The position numbers were made by a program, and so were the translations under genes. The notes under the pieces are model-generated. The model saw only the letters and a program-made list of their open reading frames with translations, did no database searches and had not been told where the DNA came from. Shown piece after piece: positions 11,977 through 24,694 of a DNA stretch of 64,000 nt. Source of the DNA: Takakia lepidozioides (lineage: Eukaryota; Plantae; Bryophyta). The stretch covers positions 28,024,001-28,088,000 of the forward strand of contig CM060731.1 of assembly GCA_030704615.1 (NCBI GenBank), in the 5' to 3' direction. Numbering within the stretch: position 1 is the stretch's first letter; every line of letters starts with the position of its first letter.

Positions 11977-12303
11977 TGATAAAGAAGAAGAATACAAGCA
12001 CAAACTCATGCGAGCTCACAAAGCTGAAGCATAAACTCATGCATATATAACCTCATCACTCAAATACAAGTCAAGCCAAGTGCACCCCACGCCATGGGGA
12101 ATCCACACTACGGCGCCATAGCTAGGCGCAGTGAGGCTCAACTCGAGAAAGATGAGCCTTCCGCGCTTGCCGTGAAGATAACCACTCCAGGGCCTAAATC
12201 TGCCTTGACCCCTGGATTGACACTTGGGCCAATCCCAAATGTCAATATGTAAAAGCTAGCTATTTCCTAGCTAGTTTCACACTAGTGGTAAAATAACTTG
12301 ACA
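11977..12303 (-). repeat. LTR segment X (R/U5-like), terminal copy, 327 bp
   Basis: Direct repeat of 2303-2629. I count 4 differences, all transitions. Confidence 0.95.
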
Positions 12304-15300
12304 TCTATGAAGGGAGCTCGATCAGCCGATTTGAAGCTACTTTGCACTTGCTCAACTTGTGCACCGCCCACAAGTGCACCAATGGCTTTATGGATGAGCT
12401 TCTTGGATTGTTGCACAAAAGTTTTTTGCCGAAACAGAATTCTCTGCCGAAAACTAATTATGAAGCTAGAACTATGATTGCGAAGATGGGATTGCAGTAC
12501 ACCCAGATCCATGCCTGCGAGAAAGGCTATGTACTCTTCCGTGGGGAGGATGAAAAAGCAGAATTTTGCCCGGAGTGCAAGACATCGCGTTACATTCCTG
12601 GTCGTGGGACTGTACCCAGAAAAATACTACGACATTTCCCTGTCATCCCAAGGTTGAAACGCATGTATCAATGCAAATCAATCGCGCACCTTATGACATG
12701 GCACTTCAGACATAAGAGTCAGGATGGATTGGTTTGACATCTAGCTGATAGAAAAGCCTGGGCCCACGTTGACTCCACATTTGCGGATTTTGCTTCAGAA
12801 CCACGAAATGTACGATTTGGATTAGCCTTAGATGGAGTAAATCCATACAGTGCTCAATCCACGAGTTGGAGCACATGACCCATCCTGTTGGTCAACTATA
12901 ATTTGCCTCCATGGTTGATGACGAAGAAGTTTTTCGTCATGTTAGCACTCCTTATCCCTGGAAAGGAGTCTGTTACATCTGCGAATATTGATGTGTGGAG
13001 AGGCATCATAGCTTACGATGTTTCCCAAGCTCTCCAACAACGCCAATTCTTGCTACGGGCATTGCTGCTATGGTCAATCCATGATTACCCTGCATATGGC
13101 TTGCTCGCGGGTCAGGTTACTAAAGGTTATGCTGGTTGTCCAGCCTATGGACCCGAGGTGGATTTACAACATTTACATGCATGTTCGAAGACTGTGTTCC
13201 TGGGCCATCGGAGATTTCTTGCCCACAACCATCCGTATAGAAGATCAAGATTGTTCAATGGTGTTGTTGAGCATAGAGTGGCTCCACAAACGTAGACAGG
13301 AACACAAATAAAGAAACGTGCAATTGACCTGATTGCATGGATAGCAGCAGGGGGGAAACCAGATACGCCATCAGACCCTTCCAAATCTCACGGAGTGAAG
13401 CGATTATCAATCTTATATGCCTTGCCTTACTGGGAGGGCCTCCTCATACGGCATACGTTTGATGCTATGCATTGCGAGAAGAACTTTGCAAAAATATCAT
13501 TAAGACTATTTTTGGGGAGAAAGATACATCGAAGGTTCGGCGTGATCTTGAATTACTTGGGCTGCGTCCATCATTGTGGTTGCAATGACATCTAGACAGG
13601 GCAGATACGTTAATCATGCCTCCTACTCCTTATGTTCTGACTGAAGCTGAGTTGAAAGTTTTCTTGGACACTGTGCGAAACCTTAAAGTACCCACAGGAT
13701 ACGCATCAGCTTTCAAAAAACACGTGGTAAAGAAAAAACTATCTGGCATGAAATCACATGATTACCATGTGTTCATGTACCAAATTTTACCGCTGGCTAT
13801 TCGTGGGTTCATGGCAACAGGTGTGCGCACTACAATTTTGCGAGTATGTCGTGTATTTAGGAGGTTGTGTGCAAAAGTAGTGAATCCTGCAGAGTATGAG
13901 GAGTTGAAACATGAAGTAGTTGTTACTCTCTGTCTAATGGAGAAAGAGTTCCCACCATCATTCTTTGATGTGATGACACATCTGTTTGTCCACCTAGTGG
14001 ATGAGCTCGATTTATGTGGTCCTGTGGCATCACGTTGGATGTACCCCATGGAGCGGGCAATTAAAGAAATGAAGGGGTACGTCCGGAACATGGCAAAACC
14101 TGAGGGCAGCATGGCTCAAGGATACATTTTTTATGAAGCTCTAGGATTTTGCACGGAGTATATGGCAGGATATGATGGAACCGCACGAAGGGTGTGGGAT
14201 GCAGATGAGGAAGAATCTGTGGCCGGCGTAGTTTTGGAAGGAGCTGGCAAACCTTGGAAATTGGGTGACTTGCATGCTATTGTACACGATTACATCATTC
14301 AAAATCATCCAAGCATATCCGATATGTTGAAGTAAGTCCACACCCTTTCAGATCTGAATATTTTGTTGATTTGATCTTTTTGTACTGCCCCATGCTTAGT
14401 CTGTGTTGGCTAAATAGCCTCGACATTTTGTGCCAGGAAATATGAAGAGGAGTCCAGACAAATGGATGATTGTCCTCCATTTGCTGCTTGGCTGCCAAAT
14501 GCTGTACGAGAACATCTATCTGGAATTCAAGAACATGTGCTTGAAGATGGCGTACGACAAGAATTACTGGATCTTTCAAGACCCCCATCATATTATGCCT
14601 TGACATACAAGAGTGTGTCAGGATATGGCAACCATTACAGGGCTACATCCCCAAGCATGAACACATCGAGTATGGCATCCTTTGATTGTGGAGTCTCATC
14701 AGTTTTCAAGCATGAGACGGAATCTGTACGGTATGTGGGTCTTATCAGGGAGATTTTGCAGATTGACTATGGCACTACACGACCTTTAGTGTTTTTGTGC
14801 TCCTGGGTACGGGCCCAAAATGTGGGTCGTCAACCCAGATCAATGAAGGAAGATGATTGTGGCTTCACGTTGGTCAATTTCAATCAAATGCTACCACCCT
14901 CTGAACAGCCTTTTGTATTGCCAGTACAGGTTGATCAAGTCTTTTTCTCTGAGTGTGTGAAGGAATGACAATGGAAAGTTGTATTGGAGAAGAGCCCCCG
15001 ATCACGGAGAGTGGTGTGTGATATCTCAATTTCTATTGATGATCTCAGAAGAGTTGAAGGCTTGTTAGCTCCACAACAACTACAAGAGACATTGACTACT
15101 GGCCGAACTCACAACCGAATTTAGACAGTGACACCAGAGCAGCTGACCTCATTGTACCGACCCCCATACCGACGACGCGAGGTACAACCCCCAGTTGACC
15201 AGCAGGTCTGTCATGAAGACACAGATACCTCCACCGACGTTGAGGCTATAGTTAGTGATGATGACACAGATACCTCCATATTCACAGACACGGATTCAGT

Positions 15301-17370
15301 CGATGGAAATTAGATATGCTACCCTTGTGCATGTATTACCTGTCATTCCAAATAAATGTACTCTTCTGTCCCCATGTAGTCACATTTTTTTGGGTACCAA
15401 CTGTCAATGAACATTGATATTCAAATATGCTCACAATTCCTCCATGCTATAAGCTGTTGTGATCAAGCACTAGTGGATTGGCCACTAGTAGGGCCATTGA
15501 TTCATTTCCAGATTGTAAAACATTGGCACCCAGAAGTTGGGAAGTGACCCAGTCTGGCACTTCACCATTCTACACTTCTAATATCTTCCAATGTGCATCT
15601 ATTAGCACTGATTTCATCGCTAGCAACCTGCAGTAATATCCCTATATCAAAAAAATCCCATACCCACATCCCTGGGCCTTTGTCTAGCTTCAACTACAAC
15701 AACATATTGCCACATTTGGCATACATCTACGCCACTCAATATCCAAACTGATATTGGTACAATTCATGCTTTGATCCTGTCAATTCTTTGCCCCTTTGTA
15801 GAGTTGTAGACGGGGTGGCATGCATAGCAATATCCTGCAAACCTGGCCCTGTGCATTTTCACCCCTTCTACCACTCTGAATCGATGTGAGTCTGCTCAGT
15901 CCCTTTGTCTGGCCAGGGCTGAGTGAGTCTGCTGAGTGTGACTGGACATGAGGCTGGGGATGGAACCTTTTGTGCAAGGCTGCTTAGTGGACTTGCCAGA
16001 CTGGACACTCTACTTAGTCTATCCAGTCTACTCAGTGGCTTGGCCAGTCTACCCAGTTTGCTCGGTTTGCTGAGTCCACTCAATGTATTCAGTCTGCTGT
16101 CCAGTCTGCTCAGGCAGAGTGGACAAGGGACTGGTGAGAAACCATCCGCAACTTATGAGTCTGCTGAGTTTTGACGAGTCTGATGCGCACTAGTGTCAGT
16201 GGTTCTCAAGACTCTGACTGACTGCATGAATAAAGACTACATGTGAATGGATCCACCTGCAAAGTCAGTCTACTGATAGACACATCAGAATGGTTAGAGT
16301 ACTAAGAGCAGTCTGTCAGGAAAGGCTTGTCCGATTACGAGAATGTGTCTGCTTGTAAGACATCCATTGACAGACTGTTCAATAGACTTGTTAGAAGTCT
16401 GGTTGGCAGACTGGTTCGAAGAGTGTCTCCGTGGCCAAAGGACTGGTGACAACTAGCAGACTGAAACCAACAGACTTAGTCCTGAAACCAACAGCCTTAC
16501 ACCTGCGCTTGGGCTTCAACAATGTGCACATTTCGTGCCCTCGGCGAACTGGACTGTATATTGAACAAAGACTTGTGCACATGCAATCAGACTGACTCTC
16601 TTTTATTTCATGGGGAGAATGGTACTGGAGCATTTCTTGGAGTTTATTTTACAACAGATACACGGTCTGCAACCTTACGGATTGTGGAGTATATTTGTGT
16701 TGCAGGTGTTGGGGCTCCAACCCTCTTGCCTGTTTTCCACAAGACTCTGGGTCGCGTTCTCCATGCCTCCACGAAATCCTGTTTCCTTTGCAACGACATA
16801 TTGTTGTTGTCATTTACAGTATGAAAGGTCTTTGCTGCCGTAAGGTGCAACATTCATGCAGCACTCTTGGACAAGGTATCAACAAGCTGCCCCCTACAGA
16901 TTCGGAGATATGACATCACATGACTCTCCAGGTATTTGTCATCACCAACAATGCGACATATGTCAGCAAATTCTTCGTCCATGGAGGCTGATACGAGGAC
17001 AAGTTCCTGATCATAGGGAAATTCATCTGTGGAAGGTCCGTCATATGCATTTCCCAAATCGTCTTCGTCGCCGCCGCTTGCATGAACCCCAAACACATTA
17101 TGCAATCCTCCATGAATGGTTCCCAGCGCCATGCCACAAGCGGGCACTATGAGTCCATCCTGCAAATGTGGATGAAGCATCTTCAGGACTCGGACTTGAT
17201 GCTTGCACAAATTGCCCTTCATTGCCCATGGGCAAGTGCAAGAAGCCCATTCACATGTGGGGTTGTAAACAATGTAAGTTGTGTTTGGGTGATTGGTGCT
17301 TAGAACATAGGCTGGTTGCCCAGGATGGAACGGAAGAGAAACATTGCAAGCTAGGATGTCGCGTGCCGCA

Positions 17371-18093
17371 TGTCGCGCACCTCCCTTCGGTAAGCTCCCC
17401 TTCACGTCATAGATACTCGCTTTGATGCGCGCGCCTGATTCCCAACCTGGCCGCCGGGCCAACTTGGAGCTTCGGCTGCTCACCGGGACATAACGGTCCC
17501 CCTTCGCTTCCCACTAAACCCTCCACCTATTCGGGACTAGTGGAATTCCCTTTGGTAGATGGCAGTCCGGAACAGCTCCCCACTCTTTGGTCGCTTTCCG
17601 GCTCGCTCGCTTACTCACTAGTTTTTGGTCACCAACGGGCTTGCACCGTTCTCGGGGTACTACTCCCTATATATACTTCTGTAGCTGTCCGCGGGGGTTT
17701 CACAACCAGCCATGCCATTTTATGGCGAACCACCACGAAAACCCTCGACTCCCGGTGATGAGTCGCGGTGAGTCTTGGCCCACTCATCACGGCCCCTATG
17801 GACCGTGATGAGTCCCAAGACTCCCCACGACTCCCACCACGAGGTCTCCGCCCCCATGGTGAGTCCTATGCCACCCCCACTAAGTCCCGCTAAGCTACCA
17901 CAACCCCTTGTGGAGCCACCCCCACCGCACCCGGTGTGCGGGGCTCCACCTAGTGAGCGCCTCCGCCTCCTTCAGTGCCTTGGGCACTCAAGGGTGCTTC
18001 AGCCCCCCCATACCTACCGCTGCCGCTGCCCCCACCACAGGGGCAGCCCTCATGTGTCCCGACCCCCTGCCCTCAAAGCAAAGGGCCGCGACA
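17371..18093 (-). repeat. 3' LTR of the chromovirus
   Basis: Near-identical to 23972-24694. Preceded on the minus strand by the purine-rich GGTAGGGGTGTG. Confidence 0.95.
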
Positions 18094-18944
18094 CACACCC
18101 CTACCAACAGGGAGTCGATGTCCTCATCGACTTGTCCATTTTGTAGAAACGAACATCCAAGTTGTGGCGTCCCACATCAAAGAGTTTGTTTCCGCACATG
18201 GCGTCCCATGGCAAAGAACCAAACACCACACTTGACTCTACTCTCCACTAGCTTGTTCGGCCGACTTCCTCCAAGTCCCGGCCAAGGGTGGAGCCTCTCC
18301 AGCTCCTCCCAGTGCACTCTTCTTGGCCTACTTCAAGGCCAAGGAACGATCCTCCCCGAGGATCGAATCGCCTTACTGCAACAACATTGCTTGCGACCGC
18401 TCATGATGCCGCTTTTGGCATCACCTTGAGCAAGGGTTCACCTGGGACCCTCTTGACTAGGAAGATAACTTTGAACCAACGTGCGCCCCAATCACTACAA
18501 TTGGGTCCGCCTTGGAATGCTGGCCTGAGGTACGGGAACACGCCGAAGCCGCACTACGACTTCGTCCCGAGGCTACACGATTATAGTAAGTGAACGGAAG
18601 CACGTGGCTTCCGCGTTAGCCTGCACTACAAGGCAACCCCCTCGGTAGCGTATAGTTTATAGTACGCGCACGCGCCAGGTGCGCACTAGCACGTGTGAAC
18701 TCCCAAAGAAAGGCGCAAGTTTCCTTGCCCTCGGATGGGGGTCACCCGATTTCGGCACTACACAAAACACACGATTAACCCAATTTACCTCTCCCACTTT
18801 TATAAGCTGCATGCATTCTACACACTAGCCAACCATACCATGCATCACCATTCCAAACAAAATAGGACGCACAACATTTGGAATCCGTTTAATTTATAGC
18901 ACGTTTGTACAATACAAGTTTTTGCAATCGGATTCCTAAGCTAG

Positions 18945-21900
18945 CTAAGCCGGGCTAAGCATGCATTTCCTCCCCCATGCTCCAAGGTTGATGTCCCCAT
19001 CAACGCTTCTCCGCTTTTGAGGTCGTCCTTCGAAAGCTGCGACCGCCTCGGATGCGTTTCCCTTCTGAGGCACGCACCCAAGAGGCCTCCACATGATGAT
19101 AGCCCTTCCATTTGAGAGATACTCTGTTTCTCGGTTCTTGAACCTCCTTGACTTAAGTATTGCCTCCACCTCGTACTCAGGTTCATTTTCATGATCCAAC
19201 AACATAGGTGGCGGACGCAACACTTGATGCCGATTCGGACGCGCTTCATCTTTGAAGTAAGGCTTCAAAAAAGAGACATGGAATACTGGGTGCACCTTGC
19301 TGTTTGCCGGCCAGCTCCAATTCATACACATCCTCATTCATAACCTTCCGAATGCGAAAGGGTCCTGCATACGGAGGTACGAAACTTCGGACTCACTTCA
19401 GGCGGGTAGTCGAAAATTCTTGATGTTCAACCAGACCTCGTGCCTGCCTCAAACTTCACTTCCCTCCGCTTCGATCGCTTGCCTTTCATACCGTTTCCTA
19501 GCTTTGGCAATGTTGTACTTTGCGAGCTTCAAAAACGCTCGCGTTCTTCCAATACTGCCGCTACTGCCGGTTCCTCAACGTCCTGGCGGCCCAACTTGTC
19601 GGCACCAGAGGTGCTTTTCCATAGACCAATACGAAAGGGGAAACTCCCGTTGCGGAGTGTTCTGTGTATTATAACAGAACTCGCCGCGTCTAAGTGTTCC
19701 ACCCAGTCTGTTTGGTATGCCGAACGTAATGCCCGCAAGATCTGCTTCACTACGGAATTCACCCTTTTGTTGGCCGTCGGTCGTAGGTCGGAAGGCAGTG
19801 CTCATCTTCAGCCTCGTCCCCATCTTCTTCCAAAGTGCTCTCCAGAATTTACTCGTAAACTTTGGATCGCGGTCCGAGACAATATCCTCGGGACTCCATG
19901 ATGCTTAAGAGTGGGCGAAGTAAAGTCGCCCTGTCTCCTGCACCGTTGCCGTCTCCTTGGTGGGGGATGAAATGGCCCATTTTACTGAACCTATCTACCA
20001 CCACCCATGATTGCATCGAATCCTTTTGACAGCGGTCTGGAATCGGCAAGGGTTGTAACAGCCCCGCTTGTTTTTTGTACTCGCTCCGGTTTTGTTGGCA
20101 TGTGGTGATGTCTTGACATACTCCTCTGCCTCCTCCCTCAGTTGTGGGCCAGAAATACTCTTCTTCAAGAGTGCCGCAGTGCGCTTGGCTCCGCCGTGGC
20201 CCGCAAGCGGGCTATCATGGCATTCTCTCAAAGAGGAGGCATTCTGATCCCTCCCTTCGGCACGTAGAGAGCTTTGCTTATACTCGGAGCAACCCATTTT
20301 GCAAGTGGAACTGCGATTTAACCCCCATTCTCAAGTCCTGCATCACGGACTTTGCCAGCTATCCTTCTGGCAAGCCTTCTGGATCTTCCTTTGGAGCCGG
20401 TCTCGCCCTTGTAACCAACAAGAGCTGCTGCTTTCTACTTAAAGCATCGGCCACCACGTTGTCTCGTCCCCGGGTTGTACAAGATATCCACGGCGAACAC
20501 CGCCAAAGTATCTTGCCACCTAAGTTGTTTTGGGGACAACCTTGGGCTGCGTGGCAAATACTTCACCGTGGACATTGTCCGTGAACACCTTCACTGGGTT
20601 GGAACCAACATAGTGGCGCCAGAGTCAAGACAGTGCACCACCGCCTCCATTCTTCTCGTGCGTCGGCCACCGTCGCTCCACTTCATTTAGTTTCTTACTT
20701 CGTAAGCCACGGGACGTCCATCTTGCATCAGCACACACCAATCGCGAAGTCCGACGCCTCTGTATGTATCTCGAACGGACGATCGAAACTCCGGGATTTT
20801 CAAGACTGGAGCTTCCGCCATCCGCTGCTTCAATTCAGCAAAAGCTTGGCCAAAAAATGTGTTCCATACCCAGACTTTGGATTACACAGAAGGTCCGACA
20901 GCGGCGCCACCCGATCTTGGTGAAATTTCTCAAAAAACTTCCGGTAATAGGAGGTGAGTCCTAGGAAGGATCGCACTCCCGGGACCGAAGTCGGAGGACT
21001 CCCAGTCCAAGATCGCCCTCACCTTTCTGTCATCCATTTTGAGCCCATCGGTGTAATCACATGTCCCAAGAACTCCACTTTCGTGACCCCGAATTCGCAT
21101 TTTGAGCTTTGGCGTAAAACTTCCCTTCCTGCAACTTTTGGAACACCCTTTTGAGGTGCCTCCAGGGTGTTCTCCTTTTTTCGAGTACACCAAGATGTCG
21201 TCGATGTAACGATCACAAAGTCATCCAACCACTCCTGAAAAGGCTGTTCATCAGCGTGCTAAAGTCGCCGTGTGCATTAGTGAGCCCAAAAGGCATCACC
21301 AGAACTCATATGAACCATACCTTGTCCTGCACGCGGTCTTCTCCTCTCTCCTTCCGCGCACCCGCAATTTGATGATAGCCGGAGCCAAGTCGCGAATCGC
21401 GGTGAAATACTTTGCTCCTGCCCCCAACCGGTCTCGAAAAGGTTGTCGATCTGGCGAAGGGTAACGGTTTTCAATAGTCACACTATCAAAGCCCTGTGAA
21501 TGACACACATCCGCAGCGTCCCATCCTTTTGTCTGCGAATAGCACCGGGGTGCTCCGTTAAGGTGACTTACTCGGCCGGATTGTACCCCTTTGACATTAG
21601 ATCTTGAGCCGAGTCTTCAGCTCAACCAACTCCCTGTGGTCAACCGGTAGGTGCCATGGTAGGCGGTTCCGGATCCCAGATATCACCTCATCTTGTGGTC
21701 AACTCCTCTTCGCTTGGTGGCAGGCCGATTGGTAAATCCTCCGGCATCACATCATGGTATTGCTCCAAGATTTCCCTTGATCCAATCTGGGCTCGGCTCC
21801 CCATCGCCTTCTCCCTTCACTACTCTAATGTAAAGCAAAAAATTGGGCTCGTGTGCCTCCTCCACGGCCCACTCCTGCTGACAAAGGTTTATCGCCCTCC

Positions 21901-23480
21901 CACGGAATTGGGCGTTTCCGACACTCGAAAACCTCGCCACCATCCACATGGCAGCGTGACTACTCTCTGCGGCCATCTATGACCGGATTTGCTCAAAAAG
22001 GTCATCCCCAAAATGAGATCCACTCATCGATCTTCGCCAGATGGTGAAGTTCTCACCGTCCCTCCAAAACCCCCCAGTTGAAGAGGAACATCAACGCCAA
22101 CCTTGTCGCCATCTGTGTTTACTCTTTGCAGAACGCACCTCAATAGAGGCCCCCCGTCACTTGCGTGGTAGTCCCATTGTGCCGTTGCCGGGTCATGAAG
22201 GAGTACGACGCTCTATGTCCACAACAAGACACATTAGTTCCAGATATTATCCCAGACACGACAAACTGACTCCCTTTCGTAAGGCGCCAGTTTCCTGATA
22301 CAACTCACAAGAAAATTGCCTACCTTGCAAGTCCTGGCGACCACCGCTTCCACCAAGCGACTGATGGTATCTTAGACAGCGCGTGGTCGCCCGAGCATGT
22401 TAATTGCGGGGCTTCGTGCCACTTTCTTGGGCCATATGCCCGAGGCTCCCGCCAATTGAAACACACTCCATCAAGGCCGCCTTTGTCCGCCATAAGCCGC
22501 TCCACCGCTTTTCCTTCGAAAGCACGGGGTGGCGCCTTGAAGTGTGAAGGTCTCCCTCGATTTCCACGTGCCATTGTCGCCGCGTGGCTATCCCACTTCG
22601 TTTCCGGTCGGAAGGCGTTACCTTCCGCCAGGTCTTCTTGTGGTTCAGCTCAGTACGACCTTGTCTCTCACCTTAGGGACATCCGAGAAACATTCAGGCC
22701 CTCTCAATTGCCTCGTCCAAAGGTCTTGGTGTGGTTTCTCCTCCAACTCCGCCTGTTGCCCATGGGGCCAACCCCGCCACAAGTTGAAGACCCTTTTCTA
22801 GTTCTGTCATGTCACGACTTCGAGCAACAACACAGAAAGCCTGGACACCCCCGAATGTCATAGGTTTTGCTTTCAAATTCCTCATCTCTGTCGGGCAGAG
22901 CCAGGACGCGTTGAGGGGCACAACCTGTCTCTTCATCGAATTCCTTGAACCCACTCCAGTTCAAGGTTTCCGGGTGGGCCTTGGTCGTGAAGGCGTTTCT
23001 GCCACCGAGTTGAGCATAGCCCCTCAAATAGGGTGGGAGCCATTCCACCCGATCCTCGTCACTCAACATTGGCCGCACGGAAGTACTGGCTCTAGCTACG
23101 AGGAGCAAGGTGTTGAGTGCAGTTCTGATTTCGAACGCCCTCGAAGGTGCGGGTTCCTTAGGCTTCACCTTAAACTTTGTCCTTAGTGGAAGTGGCATTA
23201 GTGCCTTTCAACACGTCTTTCAACGTCCCGCCAAACTGCGCCAACAACCCTTCCCAAAAGGCTGCCGGCACAGGAGGCATCTCTTGGTTTGTCGGAGCTC
23301 TCAAGATTGCCTCGGCTCCGACTCCTCGGATTCCTCACGCTCTTGAGGGGCCTACGTTTCCGGACAACATGCATCGCTTCCTCAAATGGCTGTCGGGGTG
23401 ACACGTCGCCCCATCGGGCTCCCCAGGATCATCATCTTGGGCCGTCCGCTTTCGCTTCGGCTTGCCCGACCCCATGATGA
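18945..23480 (-). pseudogene. Heavily frameshifted gag-pol with chromodomain
   Basis: KVKPKEPAP (gag); KTACRTRYGSYEF; KCEFGVTKVEFLGHVI; HDSPLAGHGGAKRT; VVVDRFSKMGHFIP; VHPVFHVSFLKPY; EYEVEAILKSR (chromodomain). Confidence 0.9.
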
Positions 23481-23957
23481 GGCCAAGACCCAAGGACGAT
23501 GGTGACTGAAAACTCTAAGCTCTGATACAAAGTGTCGCGCAACCCCTCGGGTAGCTCCCATTCACGTCTTAGAACTCGCTTTGACTGCGCGCGCGCCTGA
23601 TCCCCCATACACTGGCCGCCGGGGCCAACTTGGAGCTTCGGACTGCTCCCCGGGACATAACGGTCCCCTTGCTTCTGCGCCAACAACCCTTCCCAAAAGG
23701 CTGCCGGCATGGGAGGCATCTCTTGGTTTGTCGGAGCTCTCAAGGATTCCTCGGGCTCCGACTCCTCGGATTCCTCCCGCTCTTGAGTGGCCTCGTTTCG
23801 GAAACATGCATCGCTTCCTCAAATGGCTGCCTCGGTGACACGTCGCCCCCATCGGGCTCACCAGGATCATCATCTTTTGGGCCGTTCCGCTTTCGCTTCG
23901 GCTTGCCCGACCCCATGATGAGGCCAATCCCAAGGACGATCGCGTACTGAACTCTAA

Positions 23958-23969
23958 GCTCTGATACCA
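23958..23969 (-). promoter_or_regulatory. PBS complementary to initiator tRNA-Met
   Basis: TGGTATCAGAGC 2 nt after the 5' LTR. Confidence 0.95.
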
Positions 23970-23971
23970 AG

Positions 23972-24694
23972 TGTCGCGCACCTCCCTCGGTAAGCTCCCA
24001 TTCACGTCATAGATACTCGCTTTGATGCGCGCGCCTGACTCCCAACCTGGCCGCCGGGCCAACTTGGAGCTTCGGCTGCTCACCGGGACATAACGGTCCC
24101 CTTTCGCTTCCCACTAAACCCTCCACCTATTCGGGACTAGTGGAATTCCCTTTGGTAGATGGCAGTCCGGAACAGCTCCCCACTCTTTGGTCGCTTTCCG
24201 GCTCGCTCGCTTACTCACTAGTTTTTGGTCACCAACGAGCTTGCACCGTTCTCGGGGTTACTACTCCCTATATATACTTCTGTAGCTGTCCGCGGGGGTT
24301 TCACAACCAGCTATGCCATTTTATGGCGAAACCACCACGAAAACCCTCAACTCCCGGTGATGAGTCGCGGTGAGTCTTGGCCCACTCATCACGGCCCCTA
24401 TGGACCGTGATGAGTCCCAAGACTCCCCACGACTCCCCACCACGGGTCTCCGCCCCATGGTGAGTCCTATGCCACCCCCACTAGGTCCCGCTAAGCTACC
24501 ACCACCCCTTGTGGAGCCACCCCCACCGCACCGATGTGGGGGCTCCACCTAGTGAGCGCCCGCCTCCTCCTTCAGTGCCTTGGGCACTCAAGGGTGCTTC
24601 AGCCCCCCCATACCTACCGCTGCCGCTGCCCCCACCACAGGGGCAGCCCCTCATGTGTCCCGACCCCCTGCCCTCAAAGCAAAGGGCCGCGACA
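23972..24694 (-). repeat. 5' LTR of the chromovirus
   Basis: TG…CA, 723 bp. Confidence 0.95.

Larger units (their letters stand above)
2127..12303 (-). mobile_element. Ty3/Gypsy LTR retrotransposon with DNMT3-like methyltransferase, PHD-finger integrase and split/permuted LTRs
   Basis: TGTC…GACA termini and 4-bp TSD TCTA (2123-2126, 12304-12307). Minus-strand order is zinc knuckle, PR, DNMT, RT, RNaseH, IN, PHD. Several frameshifts. Confidence 0.95.
1222..15313 (+). pseudogene. CACTA/EnSpm Tnp2-type transposase gene, interrupted by the Gypsy element at 2127-12303 and carrying stops/frameshifts
   Basis: N-terminal transposase-associated CxCxxC…H motif (1222-1452). The frame …SQCKLY|EGSSISRFEATLHLLNL… is restored when the insertion is removed. 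Further motifs: IHACEKGYVLFRGE, LRHFPVIPRLKRMY, NYNLPPW, HDYPAY, DAMHCEKN, GMKSHDYH, RWMYPMER (Transposase_21/DUF4218-like), and a DUF4216-like region after an intron at ~14332-14436. Termini not identified. Confidence 0.9.
17371..24694 (-). mobile_element. Full-length chromovirus (Ty3/Gypsy, probably Galadriel-like)
   Basis: Two 723-bp TG…CA LTRs, 5-bp TSD CCGCA (17366-17370, 24695-24699), tRNA-iMet PBS and a C-terminal chromodomain. Confidence 0.95.

Noticed and set aside
2127-12303. DIRS/Ngaro tyrosine-recombinase element, suggested by the split repeats
   Set aside because: RT/RNaseH are Gypsy-type, a DDE integrase and a TSD are present, and no YR motifs were seen.
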